Positions 1 to 25,607 of a stretch of DNA of 64,000 nucleotides are shown here, piece after piece; the stretch's first letter is position 1, and each line of letters opens with the position of its first letter. The position numbers were made by a program, and so were the translations under genes. The DNA lies in NCBI RefSeq assembly GCF_009914755.1, contig NC_060940.1. One strand, written 5' to 3'. This stretch comes from the human T2T-CHM13v2.0 reference genome, Homo sapiens. The notes beneath the pieces are model-generated. The model was not told where the DNA came from and did not search any database. It saw only the letters and a list, made by a program, of their open reading frames with translations.

Positions 1-196
1 CCAATTTGTGGATGCGGAGTAGCAGCTGACCTCTATAGGCAGAAAAGGACGAGTTCCGTGGCTCCACCTCAGCCTATGAACCACCTGGCCTTCAAAGCCA
101 TCTGAACTTGAGATCCCTGCTGTAAGGGACGGGCTACTGATATCCACCCACACATACTGGGCTTTCCACGTCTCTCCCACAACACTCTGTTCTTAC

Positions 197-2338
197 CTGC
201 CATTGGGTCTGCACTTGGAGACAACACAAAAATCAAAGGCGCACAGCAGCTGGAATCATTGTAGGATCCCTGGAGATCGAACGTAGGGGCTTCGATATAC
301 AGCTTTCCCATATGTTCAGCAATGAACTCCCGGACCGCTGGCACCATTTTGTCAGGCCGCAAACATCGAAGGATCACCATCTTCTCCAATCCTTGAGAGA
401 ACTTCCAAGACCCAGGGAGTTGCTCCTCATGGGGCCAGGCCGAGTCATAGATCAGCTTCCATTCACCCAGGTTCTGTTCCAAATGCTCCATCAGGCCATG
501 CAGTTTGGGTAAGGCAGATGCACGGACAATCTCTGCCCATGCCTTCTCAGACAGCCATTGGGGAGCTGGATTGGGGTAGGGGTTATCCAGTGCGATGCCT
601 CCAGTGAGAAGGAAGTACCACACCTCCTCCGTAATTTCCTTCTTCTGTTTCATGATGCCGATGGTCAGGAGGAGAGAGAAGAGTAGCTTGTCCTTCTCAA
701 ACAGAGAACGGCACACGTTGTTGTAGATGCTCAGGGTGAAATGGTCAATGATGTACTTGATGCGCAGATTCAGTTCCTCGCTCTTCGTGCTGTGGGTCAA
801 GGAATGCATGTAGAGATTTATGAACCAAGTCAGGGAGTACTGGTACATCGGCTCGATGTTGGCCAGGTCCGAGATACAAAAGAAGATGGTGGCAGAATGC
901 ACAGCCACTGGCTTGTAGCCCATCCGAGTCTCGTCAATCTGCGTTTCTGTCATGGAAGCAACTTTCTGTTTCTCTGAGATCTCTTCAGATAGCACTTTGG
1001 AGGAGGACAGAACTTTGATGGCGGTTTCATCCTCCAGGATGTTACCCTTGGACATGGAGAGAACCTCCAAGATCTTATCTTCAATTTCCTTGAGATGCTT
1101 CTTGTTCTTGGCACTTTCCACAATCAACTGGTTCTTTTTCTCTTCCAGCTCTGGCTTCTCCTTCGCAGCCACGATGCCAAGGAGTTGATCTTGGAGACCC
1201 AAGGGGGTGATCATGAAGTTGAGGAGACAGACCTTCACGGCAACTTCTGGGAGGTAATGTGGATTCCTCAAACGGGTTGTGATGTATAACTTAAAATCCC
1301 TGGAATATTCAATGATGTTTTCACCCAGCCTCATGTACTCAACTCCTTGCTGTTTGAATGTTGCCTTGAGCAAGATAGGTTCGATAGAAGCATCCAGCTC
1401 TTCTCCAATGTTTTCAATCAAGACAGGGGTGCCTAACTGCAGCGCGTTTTCCAGCATCCTCATGTAGTTGCTATCAGAGAACTTGATGACAGCCAGTTTA
1501 TTCGCCTTCTCCATGTTCTTAATCCATTTATTGGCCTGCCCGTGAGGGTCAATCATTAAGGCCCAGCGTCTGGAATTGGATACAATGATGCCATTGTCGA
1601 TGGAGAAGGAGTCAACGGGAAGCCCAGCAATCTGCCAGGCACGGATTTTTATGGGATCCCCTAACGTGTGGCTGAGACTGAAGTCACTGAAGCCAGGGAT
1701 GACCTTGTCCTTACATTCAGCCAACCACTGATTTTGGCACTGGACCCGATAATCCACTGTAAAAGCGCCCAGGTAAGCCACAGTTCCTGAGGACAGCAAC
1801 ACGTCACCAGTCAGATTAGTATAGCGGATCCCCAGCTGTCGGGCAGCTTCGGTCCATCTGTCCTTCTCTCCCCCAAGACCACTGATCAGTTTCTCTGCCC
1901 TGACCAGCTTTTGGGAGCAGATTTCAATGTTTTCCTCCAAGTCCTTTTTCTTGGTGTTCATCTCTTCAAAGTCGTCATTCAGGGCCTGGAGCCGATCTAC
2001 CACCAGCTTCAGCTCTGCTCTTTTCTGGTTCAGCTTCTGCATCTGTGCAGCCAGCTTCCCCTCTGCCTCCCTCAGTCGCTCCCGTTTGGGAGCCACCACC
2101 TTGGCCACGCGATCGTACACCTCCATGGCCCTCACCCACTTGCACAGACCCTCGCAGGCCGACGATACATTTTTAATGACAGCTGGCTGGAATTCCGGGT
2201 GATTGATAAACCTTTCCCGGATCCGCTTCATGGTCAGTGGGGGGATGTTGTCTTTGTCATATGTCTTAAGACTCTCCAAGAATTTCAGATCCCCAAGAAT
2301 CTTTTTGGATACCCCCCAGTAATCTTCTATCATCTTAC
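197..2338 (-). CDS. DNAH3: Giant exon, 2142 nt (714 codons): rest of MTBD, stalk CC2, AAA5, strut/buttress, start of AAA6 (PLIFVLSPSADPMA)
   Basis: Core of the 803-aa ORF; acceptor ttccaaatag|GT with cttaac branch-like motif, donor CAG|gtaaga; phase 1 to 1. Confidence 0.95.
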
Positions 2339-2590
2339 CTATTTGGAACAAGAAACAGAGATAATGTGTTAAGACATCCTGGCCAAGACTTAAAATTCTG
2401 CAGTGGTTACTGCTGGTATTTGAGAAAAAACAAAAACAAAAACATGGTCTGAGAGGCCCAGCCAACCTCATCAACCCCATCTCTGCCTTGCTCCCTAAAC
2501 TTGAGTTATAAAGGACCTTCCTTCAATTCCTCCATGACCCCAAGTGCTTCTTACCATGAGCCCTTTGCCTATACTGTAAATGGCATCTAG

Positions 2591-3312
<722 letters not shown>

Positions 3313-4299
3313 GGCCTCGTTTTAAAAGCCATTGCCATATAGAGGTTTCCCTAGACTTATCTGACAAGAGAGGCCCCCCTCCCCGCTGCACCAGCATTTT
3401 CTTTCACCTTGCTTGCTAGAAAGTCCATTCCCTTTATAGCACTTATTGCAACCTGTAAGTTTTCAATTATTATCTACCATCTACCTTTCCCTCAAAGCGG
3501 TAAACTTCTTCTGTTTTCTAGAACCTGGCACACTGCCTGGTACTTAGTTATCAATAAATATGGGTTGAATGAATAGTACCCCATTATCTTATTCATGGAT
3601 GGAAAAGGCAGCGGGAGCCACAGCCCGTGGGGATGAGTTTCGAATATCCTTCCCTAGTCTGGGAGGTGGGTTGGATGGAGCCCAATCAGTCCTCCCTTTG
3701 ATGAACTGTGTGAGTGAGGCAAAGGTCTTGTGAGAATGAAGGAGGCTGGAAGAAGCAGCTTGCAGGCTTCCACCCATACAGAAGACTACCCGTGGCCTGC
3801 CCAGACACAAAGCCAGGCCGTTATTCCCCTTAGCAGCCATCATGCTGACTAACAAGTAATCAAGTGAGTCTCAATCCCATCCCGGAACAATGCTCCTTCT
3901 GTTGACACATTGGAAAAAATTTGGGAAGCTTTTTGGCCCATGGTACTTGCCAAGCTCAGGCTCATCAAAAAAGTTATACTCTGAGACATCACATTGAGTA
4001 CAGCAGGTCAAATGTGTCCCATTCCTAATTACAAGAGGAGAAATCAGCCAAATATTTCCCATGAAGGTTTTTGTTGGCATTCTAGAAAATGATCTGCTTC
4101 ATTTAGATTCAAGGTACCCCGAACTAACTCAATTGCTCTTTTGCTCCATCTCAATATACTCACTCAATTCCATGGTTTGGGTGAATAACAGGCATAATTT
4201 GCTTTAATTTTAATTTAATGATGGGTTCTGTGCTGATCATCAGTGATCCAAGATGAGAAGTGACATTCATGACCTGGCTGTGCTTTGTGTATCTCAGCA

Positions 4300-4785
<486 letters not shown>

Positions 4786-4977
4786 AGCTCATCTTTGCTC
4801 AAGGCCAACTTATTATACATTAGCTATTTCCCTAAAGGATGCTCTTGTAACATCTGCTCTTTGCTTGACTATTCCTGATGAGCTTTGCCTCTGCTTTATG
4901 TGAGTTTAGGCCTGACACCCGCCAGAGAAGAGGGAATGCTAAGCAATGGGAAGCAGGAGCCAGAAGGTCTCAAATGA

Positions 4978-5323
<346 letters not shown>

Positions 5324-5504
5324 TAGCCAGACTGTTCCCAGGACTGGAAGACTCAAAAGGCAGGAAATAGATTTGGAGGTGATTTTTAAAGTCACTGTTC
5401 AGCTCTAAGGCACTGGTCTTAATGCAAAGTCCTACACCTAATTTAAATTTGAAGGAGAATGAATATTCACCTGTTAATGTTTCTAGGCTCAACTGTAGAA
5501 GGAG

Positions 5505-5995
5505 CTTTCCTTCCTCCTTCCCCATTCCTTTCTGCCCGTTTCTAATTCTCTGTATCCTCCTCTTTCTCTTTCTTTGTTCATCTGTCCCTCTCTCTCTCTT
5601 TCTTCCTCTCCATTGCCGTCTCTGCCTCTCTTTGCCCTTGTCTCCTGCCCATGTCTCTCTCCCTCTAATTTTCCATTCCCCACTCCTGCTCCACCCCACC
5701 CCTCCCCCAACTCCTCTTCTCTGTCTTCGTGTGAGTGTTTTTTTCTCCCTGTCTCTGTCTCTCTTCTCTCTGGTCTCTTTTCTTCCCACTCTGTCTCTCT
5801 GTTTCTGTGTCTCTCTTTGTGTCTCTGGCACTCCATGTGTCTCTGCATCTCTCTGTCTCCATTTCTCTGTCGCTCTCTGCATATTTGTCTCTCAGTCTCT
5901 ATTTCTACCTGTTTCTCTCCCTTCATGTCTTACTCTCTCCTGTATGTCTGCATCTCACTTGTGCATGCAAGTCTCTCCCCATCTGCTTTTTCTTT

Positions 5996-6033
<38 letters not shown>

Positions 6034-6360
6034 CCCTGTCTCTTTCTCCCGATTTCCTTCTCTCCTGGTCCCCCTGTCCCTTTGGGTGTATATGCATGTG
6101 CATGCCTGTATGTATGCATGTCTGCAAGTGTGTTCGTGCATGGCTCTGTGTGTGCATGTATGTCTATATGTGCATGTCTCTGTGTGCATGCATGTGTGTG
6201 CATGTGTGTGTGTGTGTGCATGCATGCATGCGTGTATAGGTGTCTGGGTCTCCATTTATTTTTCAGACTCTTTCTCTCTGTTCCTTTCTTTGTCTCTGTC
6301 TCATTCTTTTGCTTTCCCTAACTCTCTTTCTCTGCTTCTCTCTCTCTCTCTCTCTGTAGC
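5505..6360. repeat. Low-complexity block: CT-rich tract, (TG)n at about 5998-6031, (TG/TGCA)n mosaic at about 6085-6238, (CT)n
   Basis: Directly visible; explains the cluster of spurious ORFs at 5298-6382. Confidence 0.9.
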
Positions 6361-6701
6361 TCTCCTGGTCACCCACACGTGACTCTGTGTTTGTTCCACA
6401 CCAAGCCTTTTGTCTACCTGACCTTCATTTTTGTAATGACTTGCAGGGAGAAGCCTTGACTGAGCTCAGCTCCACCTACAGATACCTGCATTTTTCCCAA
6501 CTGACTGAGAGGGCGGAGGCCGCTGGAGAAGCCTGAGAGAGGCCTTGGGTGCACACACACAGCCTGGTTCCTTTCTTAATTCCTCCAAACTCAGTGATCT
6601 TGCCTGCACGCCTGCAGTCGACTTGGGGATGCAGTGGGTGCTGGCACCCCACTGCCAGGAAAGAGCAGCCTGTGCAGGCATCTGGGTGGGGTGGCACTTA
6701 C

Positions 6702-6900
6702 CGGAGCCACTGGGGTCTGGCTTCCTCTCTGGCTTCATCCCTTTCATGATGCAGATGCTCTCCATGACCAGTTTGACAGGGCCTGGTGGGTTCTGCATCG
6801 ACTTCACCAGCGAGATGTCGGCCGGGTTCAGGGTGTCCAGAGCAGCTAGTGCAGCCTCGAGTGCAGGCATTGCCTCAGCTAGGTCCCCCTCACATTCGTT
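6702..6900 (-). CDS. DNAH3: Exon, 199 nt: NECEGDLAEAMPAL...NPPGPVKLVMESICIM...DPSGS (stalk into microtubule-binding domain)
   Basis: Acceptor gcccacag|AAC, donor CCG|gtaagt; phase 0 to 1. Confidence 0.94.
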
Positions 6901-7152
6901 CTGTGGGCGGCATGAGGACAAAGGAGATGAGTGCCCAGGGCCTGGCACAATGGGGGCGAAGCAGAGCTCCACTCCTACATGAGGAAGAAGGAAGAGGTGC
7001 TTCCTCTTCCAGATACCCTTTAACATGGTGCCTGCCGCTGGAGCTGGACAATGGCTCTGACCGTTAACCAGCAGCCGGAACACATGCATGGCCTTTTGGG
7101 GCTGTGGTCTGGATGTCCCGAACATCTGAGCATTCAACTTATTTGCTTTTTT

Positions 7153-7460
<308 letters not shown>

Positions 7461-7676
7461 ATCTCACATAGGCATTGTTACCACATTTGTTTCTATGCTA
7501 AAAACATAATTTAAAATTGCCCCTGAGTCTTAGCATGAAAAGAGCAATCGGATTGTTTGAGAGGTATGGAGTTCAGTGCAGTGTGACGAAATGTAATCAG
7601 ATCACAGTAATTTTGGTATCATTGATCATCCTCATTAGGGGGGAAAGAAATAATTGGAAAGAATTGACCAATGTAA

Positions 7677-12323
<4,647 letters not shown>

Positions 12324-12661
12324 CTAGCAAGGAGAGAGGTGGGAGAAATCCAGGGTCAGCACTGAAAATGGCAAAGTAGACAAGAATTGAAATGATTCTC
12401 CAACCTATGACATAAGCAGAAAATATGTACTAATGATTTTGACATGGTCCTGGGTACAGATTCGTTTCCTAGTGATTATCTCATAGGTTTTTCAACACAG
12501 TTATTGAGTTTACACTCTGCATTGTGGTTATCAAGCACTGTGCTAGGCACTAGACATATAATTGTAAACTAAAATCTTTTTTAAAAACCGTTTCCTCCCT
12601 CACTGAGTCTATATTGTAGTGTTGGGGGTAATGGGAGAGAGACAGAGCAAAAGCAAGTTAA

Positions 12662-15752
<3,091 letters not shown>

Positions 15753-16237
15753 TTCACCTTTTTATAGAAGAGGAATCTGAGGCTCAAAGAAGTGAAATAA
15801 CATGCCCCTGGCTCTACAGCTGGTATGCTGTAGAGATAAATTTGGGCCCAGATCTGACTCCACAAAGATATCTTGAATGATTCACTGCCTTATCCTGCCC
15901 AGGTCCCCATAAGGTGAGACAAGGGAGGCACTCACCTTGAGGACAAAACTTAAGGGGTCATTAAAAAAAAAGTACTCAAGATAAATAATACATTATTGCA
16001 ATAGATTAAGAAATCAAAATTAATGCAAAAAACCCATGATGAACAAAATATCAAAATCTTAAAGACAGGATCCCACAGGGCAGGGATTACAGTGATGTAG
16101 GTAAGGTAAGCTCTGCAAATGCAGGGTCACATTCTGCTTGATCTGGTGTCCTCTTAATTCCGCACCTGAACACATGCCTCGGCACATCCACCTCGTCCCG
16201 GGCCTCTTTGTCTCTGTTCTGTTTTGGCAGTGCTCAC

Positions 16238-16454
16238 CTGAGAAGCTGCAAAGTCGAGTTTCTGCAAGCCTGTCAGGTAGCGGTTCCTCATCATAGCCAC
16301 CTCTTGCCTCTTGCTATTCAGGAGCGTCTTGAAGGTTAGAATCAATTCAAGGTAGGAGGTGGGGGTAACATAGTTGTGTCTTCGAAGTTTGTTGTAATAA
16401 TCGAGTGACAGCTTCTTGACGCTCTCTTGGAAATATTTGCACATGGACACGACC
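16238..16454 (-). CDS. DNAH3: Exon, 217 nt: VVSMCKYFQ...NYVTPTSYLELI...GLQKLDFAASQ (AAA4 end, stalk CC1 start)
   Basis: Branch-like cctaac and acceptor ctcggcag|G, donor CAG|gtgagc; phase 2 to 0. Confidence 0.94.
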
Positions 16455-16658
16455 CTGCCGAGGACACCAAGGCGGTTAGGCAGGACCCAACATCTTCCAG
16501 GGAGATCCAGTACAGCTTTAGTTATAGACATGAGGATATGAGAAGGCACATACACTGACTGTGACACGTTAGAATCCAAACTCTCTGAGGACATGTCAAC
16601 AGAGCTGAGGCAGAGAAGGATGGGGCAGGTACATAGGTGCATACTCTCACACAAATGA

Positions 16659-17404
<746 letters not shown>

Positions 17405-17407
17405 TGA

Positions 17408-18250
<843 letters not shown>

Positions 18251-18522
18251 TCTAGATAATAAAGTTCAAAATACCCCAAATGGAATTTAAGGCCATTGAC
18301 ACTCTTACCCCTACCTACTTCCTCATTTTTCATCCATTAATTCAACAAACAGTGATTGAGCCTGGGTGCGGTGGCTCACGCCTGTAATCCCAGCACTTTG
18401 GGAGGCCGAGGTGGGCAAATCACTTAAGGTCAGTTGAGCCTGGCCAACATGGTGAAACCCAGTGTCCACTAAAAATCCAAAAATTAGCTGGGCATGGAGG
18501 CTCACACCTGTAATCTCAGCTA

Positions 18523-18630
<108 letters not shown>

Positions 18631-19628
18631 TCAAAATAAATAGATAAATAAATAAATAAATAAAATAAACAATGATTGAACCTACTGTGTGCCAAGCACC
18701 TTCTAGAAACTAAGGAAACAGAGGTAGACAAGGTTGACTGATCTCTAGCCTTCATGGAACATCCAGAATGACTGATATTCTCACCTCTTCCCTTACTCTA
18801 GCCAAATAAAATGCTTTTTTTATATATGTATGCATATATACATACATAAAGTGTATAAAGCACATATATTATATATAATAAAGCATATATATAAAGCACA
18901 TATATAATATATAATATATATAATTAAGTATATATATATAATAAAGCACATATATATATGTGCTTTATACATAAAAGAGTAAATTTTCACCCTTATAGGA
19001 ACTAATTTTTGCCAGGTGCAGTAGCTCACACCTGTATTCCCAGCACTTTGGGAGGCCAAGGCGGGCAGATTACGTGAGGTCAGGAGTTCGAGACCACCCT
19101 GGCCAACATGGCGAAACCCCATATCTAGTAAAAATATAAAAATTAGCTGGACGTGATGGCAGGTGCCTGTAATCCCAGCTGCTTGGGGGAGGCTGAGGCA
19201 TGAGAATCACTTGAATCTGGGAGGCAGAGGTTGCTGTGAGCTGAGATTGCACCAAGGAACTCCAGCCTGGGGGATAGAGCAAGACTCCATCTCAAAAACA
19301 AATAAACAAACAAACATTGTTTTGTGGTCTCAGCAGCAATCTTCTTCCTGTTGAGAATGCATATTCTAGGACTACTGAAATAGCTATATCATTATTCCAG
19401 GTTCTCATAGCTAGGACAAATCTCCAGGACAATTCTGAACAATGAAATTTTCTTCTTTTACAGACAAGATGCTTTATTAAATATCTAACTAACTGTGATT
19501 CAATTTAAAAGCATAAGACATTTGCTATATACAAATTGAGAAATCTTCAAAACAACAACAAAAATAGAGCCAGCGTCTGGACTTCAAATTTGGAATATCT
19601 AGAGTCCTAAAATGCAATCAACACTTAC

Positions 19629-19794
19629 TCTACCCGAATGTTGTCATCAAGCTCCACATCCTCTAGAAATTTGTTAGCCACCAACTCTAGGGCATCTGTG
19701 GGCCAGGACTGGAACCAATCAATCGTACAGCAATTGATCAGCGAAGGGAACATCCGCAGGCGGTTCCTGAAGGCATCCCCTATTGGACTCATGG
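19629..19794 (-). CDS. DNAH3: Exon, 166 nt: (A)MSPIGDAFRNRLRMFPSLINCCTIDWFQSWPTDALELVANKFLEDVELDDNIRV(E)
   Basis: Acceptor ttttcattag|CC, donor AGA|gtaagt; phase 1 to 2; a possible alternative acceptor starts the exon at 19822. Confidence 0.92.
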
Positions 19795-20012
19795 CTAATG
19801 AAAAGGAGATTTTGTTAATTACCTTCCTCCAAGGCAGGTGGACCCAAGGAGGCAGGCGGGTATTCCCAAGGATTCTGGTGGGGTAAGTGGGGGCAGGCTT
19901 CCTCCTGGCGCTCCAGGGATGTGACTGTCAATGGCCATAATGAGTGCCTGGGAAATGCGGGCTAATTAGTGGGATATTTTCACTTAACTTTGTGAGGAGC
20001 CCATTACAATAG

Positions 20013-21788
<1,776 letters not shown>

Positions 21789-21956
21789 TCAGAAGAGTGA
21801 AAAAAGTTGCCAGAGGAACTCCGGGCCCTGACCCCGAGCTGGTGCGTTGGCTGAATCAACCCTGGGACCATTGTAAGGGATTGGCCTGCTCAGGGCACTC
21901 AGAAGACCCCAAAACACCCAGAAGAACAAGGGCAAATGGAGTTTTCTTCTTCTTAC

Positions 21957-23435
<1,479 letters not shown>

Positions 23436-24212
23436 TTAAAAGAAAGGACATTAGAGTATGAACGCTTTAATCAGTCTATTTGCCATGTGATTAAAACATC
23501 GGTGATCAGTTTGTACGGTCCCCAGAAAAGACAGTTGAAGGATGTGCTTTTCTTAGGTGCTTGATCCTCCACCAAATAGAAGTATAGACACTATCCTGGT
23601 CCCCACTCTGTGCCTGGAGTAGGAACGTTTTAGATGCCTCCTCGTCCTATGTTAGAACCCAGTGACGCTTTTGCACTTGGCCTCTGAACGCAAGATAAAA
23701 CACTTGAAATTTTTCTATGGAGAAATCACAGCTTCTTAGCAGTGGAAGAATAACCAGATGATAAAAATATAGATGTTTAAAACAACTTTTCTTATATGGA
23801 AATGGAAAAGAGAAAATATTCACACCTGGAAAACCATAACAATCTTTCACTTGAGCTTTATAGGACCTCAGTCAAATCATGACAATGTACAGTTCATTTC
23901 TCAACTCACCAATTAATTGATCCTAAAAATGCATTTTAAGTTCATAATAAACATTCATTTATAATGAACTTAAAATGCATGTTAAGCCATTTTGAGTGGA
24001 TTCAAACTTATATGTTACAACAGAAGGGAAGCAAAGTTGGACCAAGTAAAATATCACCAAGTCAAAAAGAGCAGTTGACTCAATACTGTTTCCCGAGATT
24101 CAGAGTGCAGAGCTGGCAGTCTCCAACAGGAAGGGAACCTGAAATCTGAAAGTAACGTGGTTAAACACTTGGAACCATTTCTGAGGTCAAATGATCACAG
24201 AATCTGGTTTAC

Positions 24213-24356
24213 CTTCTCTATGGTCTGCTTGAAGCAATTGGAGGTGGTTTCCTTCACCATGTTGAAAAAGACCTGTCTGTCCTCCTTGTCAATCAGACGA
24301 TCATAGAAGACCCGATAAACCTCATGGATCCAAAGCCGGATACATTTTTCTACATC
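24213..24356 (-). CDS. DNAH3: Exon, 144 nt: DVEKCIRLWIHEVYRVFYDRLIDKEDRQVFFNMVKETTSNCFKQTIEK
   Basis: Acceptor atttttag|GAT, donor AAG|gtaaac; phase 0 to 0; conserved RLW.HE..RVF.DRL motif. Confidence 0.94.
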
Positions 24357-24600
24357 CTAAAAATCCAGAGTTAATTATTCAAACGAGTGGAAGATGGTCC
24401 CTGAGGTGGTAGTTCTCAGTAGTAGGTAAGTCCTGGGGTTGATTTGAGGATTGAACTAGATAATGTTTATAAAATGCTTAGCACAATGCCTAGCATAGAC
24501 TAAGTGCCTAATAAAAGTTAGCTATTACTGCTATTACTACATGTTCTATGTAGCCAAGGATATGCTGAATGATCTTGGTAGTAAAATGATAGTGGCTGAC

Positions 24601-24757
24601 CTGCAGGTGTGTGTGAGGGCACAGCAGGACCCCTTGAATCACTCGTGAGAAGTCCCGCAGGTTAAAGACGTAATGTGACTTCGAGGGAGTTGGCAAGAAG
24701 TTCTCCACTGCATCTCTATAAATTGTCTTAGTAGCTTGGACCAGCATCTTTCCGTAC
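24601..24757 (-). CDS. DNAH3: Exon, 157 nt: YGKMLVQAT...LPTPSKSHYVFNLRDFSRVIQG...HLQ (AAA3 lid)
   Basis: Acceptor ttcctcccaag|G (AAG type), donor CAG|gtcagc; phase 2 to 0; preceded by a 92-nt intron. Confidence 0.93.
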
Positions 24758-24849
24758 CTTGGGAGGAAAGGGATGGCACAGTAGTCAAGGAGGGGCCAGA
24801 AACTGAGAACCCCCAGCCCACTATCCAGGAAGACAGAGAAACCTCTTAC

Positions 24850-24973
24850 CTTAAAAACATCACATCAAACCCTTTCCCGAAGTGCCAGTCAACAATCGAA
24901 CTGAAAATCTTGGTTAAAATGTCATCCTCAAAGGCATTGATGGAAATGATATTCAGATGGCGAGTGAATCGTC
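24850..24973 (-). CDS. DNAH3: Exon, 124 nt: (G)RFTRHLNIISINAFEDDILTKIFSSIVDWHFGKGFDVMFL(R)
   Basis: Acceptor attccccag|GA, donor AAG|gtaaga; phase 1 to 2. Confidence 0.93.
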
Positions 24974-25084
24974 CTGGGGAATACAACACACAAGTGAATC
25001 ATCCTGGAAAACACATATTCTCACACTGTCTGTGACCCTAGGATGCACACGAGGTGGCTTTGCCTTCTGCCTTCATGTTCCAGA

Positions 25085-25285
25085 GCTGTGCTGTGCAATA
25101 TGGCAACCTCTAGCCACCTGCAGCAAATTTAAACTTAAATTAATTAATATTAAATAACATTAAAAATGCTCTTCCTTAGTCTCACCACACTTCAAGTGCT
25201 CAAGAGCCACATGTGGCTAGTGGCTACCGTATTGCTCAGTACAGATATAGAGCATCTCCATACTGCGGAAGTTCTACTGAGTGCT
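25085..25285. mobile_element. MER3/MER33-like DNA transposon fossil
   Basis: ttcaagtgctcaagagccacatgtggctagtggctaccgtattg motif. Confidence 0.65.
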
Positions 25286-25287
25286 AG

Positions 25288-25545
<258 letters not shown>

Positions 25546-25607
25546 TGATCATTGTAAAAGAGTCTATCAATTCAGGAATACTTTTGTTGAAAGTGAAAAT
25601 CTCCTTT

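Noticed and set aside
312-2372. Plus-strand ORFs of 62-153 aa overlapping the giant exon (similar ones at 6545-6982 and 21967-22608)
   Set aside because: Antisense shadows of coding sequence with no recognisable domain or independent promoter/poly(A) evidence.
69-2480. 803-aa ORF as a complete single-exon gene or retrocopy
   Set aside because: The first ~47 and last ~42 residues are intronic read-through. Splice sites at 2338 and 197 join it in frame to the other dynein exons.
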